Part shown: piece by piece, positions 52,680 through 55,715 of the stretch
How the letters are laid out: every line of letters starts with the position of its first letter
How positions within the stretch are numbered: position 1 is the first letter of the stretch
NCBI GenBank assembly: GCA_036769805.1
Contig: DAIPKK010000001.1
Coordinates: 1 to 55,715 of the forward strand
Direction of reading: 5' to 3'
From: Patescibacteria group bacterium
GTDB taxonomy: Bacteria; Patescibacteriota; Patescibacteriia; DYGC01
DNA: 55,715 nt
The notes under the pieces: model-generated
The model's input: the letters and a program-made list of their open reading frames with translations, nothing else
Told to the model about the DNA's origin: nothing
Database searches by the model: none
Position numbers and translations under genes: made by a program

Positions 52680-53588
52680 ATGTTACTAACCGATTGTCTG
52701 AAAGGTGTTGAAAAGGTTTTGAAAGTATTGGGCGATACCGGTCGTGAAATTCTTCGGCAGGGTGACAATTTCGGTGATCTGAAAAATGACACCGAATTGC
52801 GCGCCGACCACGAAGTCGGCCGAGTCCTGCTGGAGTATTTCCAGTCGCGCCGGGAAGTCGGTCGCATCACCATTGAAGGTGGGGCTGACATGATTTGCTT
52901 GGAAGGCAAGTGGCTGATCTACGAGGCTGGAATGGAAGAACAAATTCCGGACGACGCCAAGTGGGTCTGCATTGACCCGATTGACGGTTCGCTCAACTAC
53001 CGGAACAGCCTGCCGGAGTTTGGGGTTTATTTGCCTCACGCCGTCTGCATAACGGTGCTGAGCACGACCAAGCGCCCGACGTTCAATCAGGTGCGTCAGT
53101 CCATGGTTTACAATCTGGGCGGTCGCGTCAGCGTCCTGGCCAATACTGACGAGTATCTGGACCTGAGCCGCCAGCAGTTGTTGGTGAATGGCACATCTTG
53201 GGATCCCAAGTTGCGCCGTGCCAAGGCGGATTTTAACCTTGGTAAAATGATTATGCTCATGGATTTCTATTATCCCGAGAATCGCGATTTGGCCCACGAC
53301 ATTTTCAAGAACGAGAAAGGCTATTTCCGTTCTTATGGATCGGCATCGTGGGAGATGGCGTTGGTGGCGATGGGGGATGCTGATCTCTATGTCAGTCTCA
53401 GTCAGAAACAGCATGAGCTGGGTGCCGGCTATCGGATGATCAAGGCGGTCGGCGGTGCTTGCTGCGACTTCAGCGGCAATGACATCGGTCTTCGCCCGTA
53501 CGATTTCCAGACGCCGGTGCCGGTGGTCATGTCGGCCTATCCCAATTTGGTGGAAGAGTTCCTTTCACTGGTGAGGCGCTGTCGCTAA
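52680..53588 (+). CDS. inositol monophosphatase/FBPase-superfamily protein (divergent)
   Basis: ATG preceded by SD AAGGAGGG. Signature WVCIDPIDGSLNY (DPIDGT-N type) and GSASWEMALVAMGDADLYV. GC-richer with CTG-biased codons. Confidence 0.65.
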   Translation: MLLTDCLKGVEKVLKVLGDTGREILRQGDNFGDLKNDTELRADHEVGRVLLEYFQSRREVGRITIEGGADMICLEGKWLIYEAGMEEQIPDDAKWVCIDPIDGSLNYRNSLPEFGVYLPHAVCITVLSTTKRPTFNQVRQSMVYNLGGRVSVLANTDEYLDLSRQQLLVNGTSWDPKLRRAKADFNLGKMIMLMDFYYPENRDLAHDIFKNEKGYFRSYGSASWEMALVAMGDADLYVSLSQKQHELGAGYRMIKAVGGACCDFSGNDIGLRPYDFQTPVPVVMSAYPNLVEEFLSLVRRCR

Positions 53589-53613
53589 GCAGCGTTACGC
53601 AGAAAAATTCATT

Positions 53614-53642
53614 CCCCGAACACACGTTCGGGGGTTTTTTTT
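53614..53642 (+). terminator. intrinsic terminator
   Basis: CCCCGAAC-ACAC-GTTCGGGG stem followed by a T8 run. Confidence 0.8.
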
Positions 53643-53719
53643 GCCATTGTTTACGCAGATTAAGATGATAGCGATAATGCGGGAAATTGTTTTGACCCAG
53701 GATTCCCCGGCTGTATGGA

Positions 53720-53780
53720 GTCATCCCAGAAAAAATTTTTATTTAAAAAATTTTTGTCTGGGATCCCGTGGGCGAAGCTA
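53720..53780 (+). repeat. GTCAT-hairpin repeat with conserved tail (type B, copy 2)
   Basis: GGAGTCATCCCAGA-[AT palindromic loop]-TCTGGGATCCCGTGGGCGAAGCTA. Confidence 0.7.
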
Positions 53781-53783
53781 CGT

Positions 53784-54812
53784 TTATTTTCCCGCTAAAT
53801 ATGGAGTCATCAATTTAACAGTATTCTCCAAATTCTTCCTCACCGCCCCGTGTCCGACAAAATCACGTCCGCTTAAATTTAATTGATATTCACTTTGTGT
53901 AATAATTAAATTGATCAGTTTTTCTGCAATTTTTTGAGCGACAGCCGTTTTATCCGGTGATTGTTTATCCTTTAACCATGTCACCACGGCGCTGATTTCC
54001 GTCGGTTGAATACTCAAACAAAAATTGGGAACATTTTGAATGGCCCCCAAACGCAATTGTTTTGTTTCAGGATGGAGTTGTAATCCATATTTTACTTGAT
54101 TACCACCACGTTGCGCGATTTTCACCGAAGTGTTCAGTTTTTCCAGGGCGCGTTTTTGGTCCGGACGGTCACTGTATAAATCATCAAAAGAACAGATTGC
54201 TTGTCCGGTAGTTTTATGAAATAAAACCTGATCGGTTTTATGAAAATAATCATCATAGTCAGAGGAGCGAGCGACAATAAATTCATCACCTAAAAAATGA
54301 TTGAGCAATATCGTGATGGCCATTTCCGCCTGCGCGCCCGGTCGCTCATTTTGACTTTGTTTCCATTTTGCAAGCGTGTCCTCCAAAGTCGTTGTGCGAT
54401 ATTCTTCTTTTTTGAAAGCTAAAATTTTTTCATCTTGCAAACCACTAAATTCCAGTTCTTGTTCGTGAATTTTCTTTTTGTCTTGTTCAATTGCTGCGGC
54501 ATCATAAACAATCTCTTGGTAATTATCCATTTGAATTTTCCCTTCCGTATTGAGGAGATTATTCAGCTCGGGATTTTTTAGATTTTTCATTTCGGCGTTG
54601 CGTGTTTCCGCTAATTGTTTGAGCGTGCTTGTTAAAATTTTTTGTTGAAATTTTTTATCGGGTTTTTCTTTCTGCCCACCGGCGGCATTGCTTTCCATCA
54701 ATTGTAAAATTTTCACCCGAAGCATCTCCGGAGTTGTTGTTCGTTCTGTGTCCACTGAATAGGGTGGGCGGGTGCTTACCTTTTCAAATTGTCGAGCGGG
54801 ATTAAAAACCAT
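53784..54812 (-). CDS. hypothetical protein (342 aa)
   Basis: Long ORF with native AT-rich codon usage. No motif, TM helix or signal peptide recognised. Confidence 0.5.
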   Translation of the reverse strand: MVFNPARQFEKVSTRPPYSVDTERTTTPEMLRVKILQLMESNAAGGQKEKPDKKFQQKILTSTLKQLAETRNAEMKNLKNPELNNLLNTEGKIQMDNYQEIVYDAAAIEQDKKKIHEQELEFSGLQDEKILAFKKEEYRTTTLEDTLAKWKQSQNERPGAQAEMAITILLNHFLGDEFIVARSSDYDDYFHKTDQVLFHKTTGQAICSFDDLYSDRPDQKRALEKLNTSVKIAQRGGNQVKYGLQLHPETKQLRLGAIQNVPNFCLSIQPTEISAVVTWLKDKQSPDKTAVAQKIAEKLINLIITQSEYQLNLSGRDFVGHGAVRKNLENTVKLMTPYLAGK

Positions 54813-54888
54813 AATAAAAAAAGAGAATTAAGATTGAGTTTATTTTATCAGAAATCGTCCAAGCGGACAATTTTTCTGTGGTGCTTCC

Positions 54889-54917
54889 TTGATTTCTCTC
54901 AAAAATATCTCTATAAT
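54889..54917 (+). promoter_or_regulatory. sigma70-type promoter for tRNA-Ala (and possibly gyrB)
   Basis: TTGATT, 17-nt spacer, TATAAT, 12 nt upstream of the tRNA. Confidence 0.6.
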
Positions 54918-54928
54918 AAAAACACTTT

Positions 54929-55001
54929 GGGCCTGTAGCTCATCTGGTAGAGCGCAGCATTCGCATTGCTGAGGTAAGGGGTTCGAGTCCCCTCAGGTCC
55001 A
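54929..55001 (+). tRNA. tRNA-Ala (anticodon CGC)
   Basis: Acceptor stem GGGCCTG/CAGGTCC with the G3:U70 identity pair, anticodon loop TTCGCAT, T-arm GGTTCGAGTCC. Confidence 0.9.
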
Positions 55002-55028
55002 CAAACTAAACCAAATTATCAGTTTTAT

Positions 55029-55715
55029 ATGGCAAAAACAAATGTAAAAAGTGATTATGACGCTAGTAAGATTACGATTTTAGAAGGTTTGGAAGCGGTG
55101 CGTCGTCGTCCCGGGATGTATATCGGTAATACCGCCGGTGAAGGTTTGCATCATTTAATTTGGGAAGTGGTTGATAACTCTTTTGATGAAGCGATGGCCG
55201 GTCAATGTGATCAGGTTGTTTTGCGTTTGTTACCGGGAGAAATCATTGAGGTTTTTGATAACGGACGTGGTATTCCGGTGGACATTCATCCGGTGACCAA
55301 AGTGTCCGCTTTGGAAACAGTGTTAACCAAGTTGCATGCCGGTGGTAAATTCGGGGAAGGCGGTTATGATAAGTCCGGTGGTTTGCACGGGGTGGGCGTG
55401 TCTGTGGTGAACGCTTTGTCCGAGTGGTTGCGCGTGGAAGTGCGTCGTAATGGCCATACTTATTTTCAGGAATATCATACCGGTAAGCCGGTGGCGCCGG
55501 TTAAAGACATGGGGAAATTTAAAAAATCGGATAAGGATTTATATAACTCGCCGGAAGAGGACTTTGAAACCGGTACCAAAGTTAGTTTTAAAGCCGATGC
55601 CAGTATTTTTACGGTTACCACCTATAAATGGGATAAAATCATTACCCATTTGCGCCAACAAGCTTATTTGAATCGTTCCGTTAAGCTGACAATTTTTGAT
55701 AAGCGTGATGAAGCC
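55029..55715 (+). CDS. gyrB: DNA gyrase subunit B (5' partial, runs off the window)
   Basis: My own translation gives MAKTNVKSDYDASKITILEGLEAVRRRPGMYIG...LHHLIWEVVDNSFDEAMAG. The frame stays open to the window end, and the ORF track omits it for lack of a stop codon. Confidence 0.9.
   Translation, partial: MAKTNVKSDYDASKITILEGLEAVRRRPGMYIGNTAGEGLHHLIWEVVDNSFDEAMAGQCDQVVLRLLPGEIIEVFDNGRGIPVDIHPVTKVSALETVLTKLHAGGKFGEGGYDKSGGLHGVGVSVVNALSEWLRVEVRRNGHTYFQEYHTGKPVAPVKDMGKFKKSDKDLYNSPEEDFETGTKVSFKADASIFTVTTYKWDKIITHLRQQAYLNRSVKLTIFDKRDEA

Noticed and set aside
52686-53414. 242-aa minus-strand ORF, plus 52610..52909 (-), overlapping the IMPase-fold gene
   Set aside because: This is a shadow ORF produced by the locally high GC content. 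The + frame carries the DPIDGSLNY and GSA...G-D-Y family signatures and has an SD and a promoter. The antisense translation has no motif.
54813-55028. Replication origin next to gyrB
   Set aside because: No cluster of DnaA-box-like 9-mers (TTATCCACA or its complement) is visible, and neither dnaA nor dnaN is in the window. The region is explained by a promoter plus tRNA-Ala.
1-55715. CRISPR arrays, transposases, integrases, restriction-modification or known defence genes
   Set aside because: I looked for regularly spaced direct repeats and for the hallmark motifs of these families in all ORFs and found none. The only repeats are the hairpin and structured families described above.

Overview
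This is an AT-rich (roughly 40% GC by eye), gene-dense window with almost all genes on the + strand. One minus-strand block (about 47.4-52.1 kb) holds ndk, rplA-rplK-nusG-secE and two dTDP-sugar genes. Most content is housekeeping: four aminoacyl-tRNA synthetases, pol III subunits (holB, dnaX), fpg, dut, frr, hpf, trmD, mreB, ddl, comEC, three tRNAs and a gyrB 5' fragment. My inference is a small-genome Patescibacteria/CPR-like bacterium. This rests on the near-universal lack of Shine-Dalgarno sequences, a DUF4012-type protein beside a glycosyltransferase cluster, PduL, desulfoferrodoxin, a split ComEC and many Lys/Glu-rich orphan proteins. No CRISPR array, transposase, integrase or recognisable defence gene was seen. 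Four things are not explained by ordinary annotation. (1) A three-member family of structured non-coding elements lies at 1273-1409, 42366-42498 and 30518-30699. The third is longer and inverted, and its helices are kept by compensatory changes. I could not assign the family to any RNA class I know. (2) A family of GTCAT-initiated hairpin repeats (9246-9350, 32690-32771, 10891-10945, 53720-53780) has stems that covary between copies. (3) A GC-richer, CTG-codon, Shine-Dalgarno-led two-gene islet (52.19-53.64 kb) encodes a small Cys-rich protein and an inositol-monophosphatase-fold protein. It has its own promoters and terminators and looks horizontally acquired. (4) Several orphan gene clusters stand out: 5509-8695 with a PP2C-like protein, 2881-4091 with a PNK-like P-loop kinase next to cca, and 53784-54812. 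All folds, identities and compositional statements are by eye, with no search or computation run.
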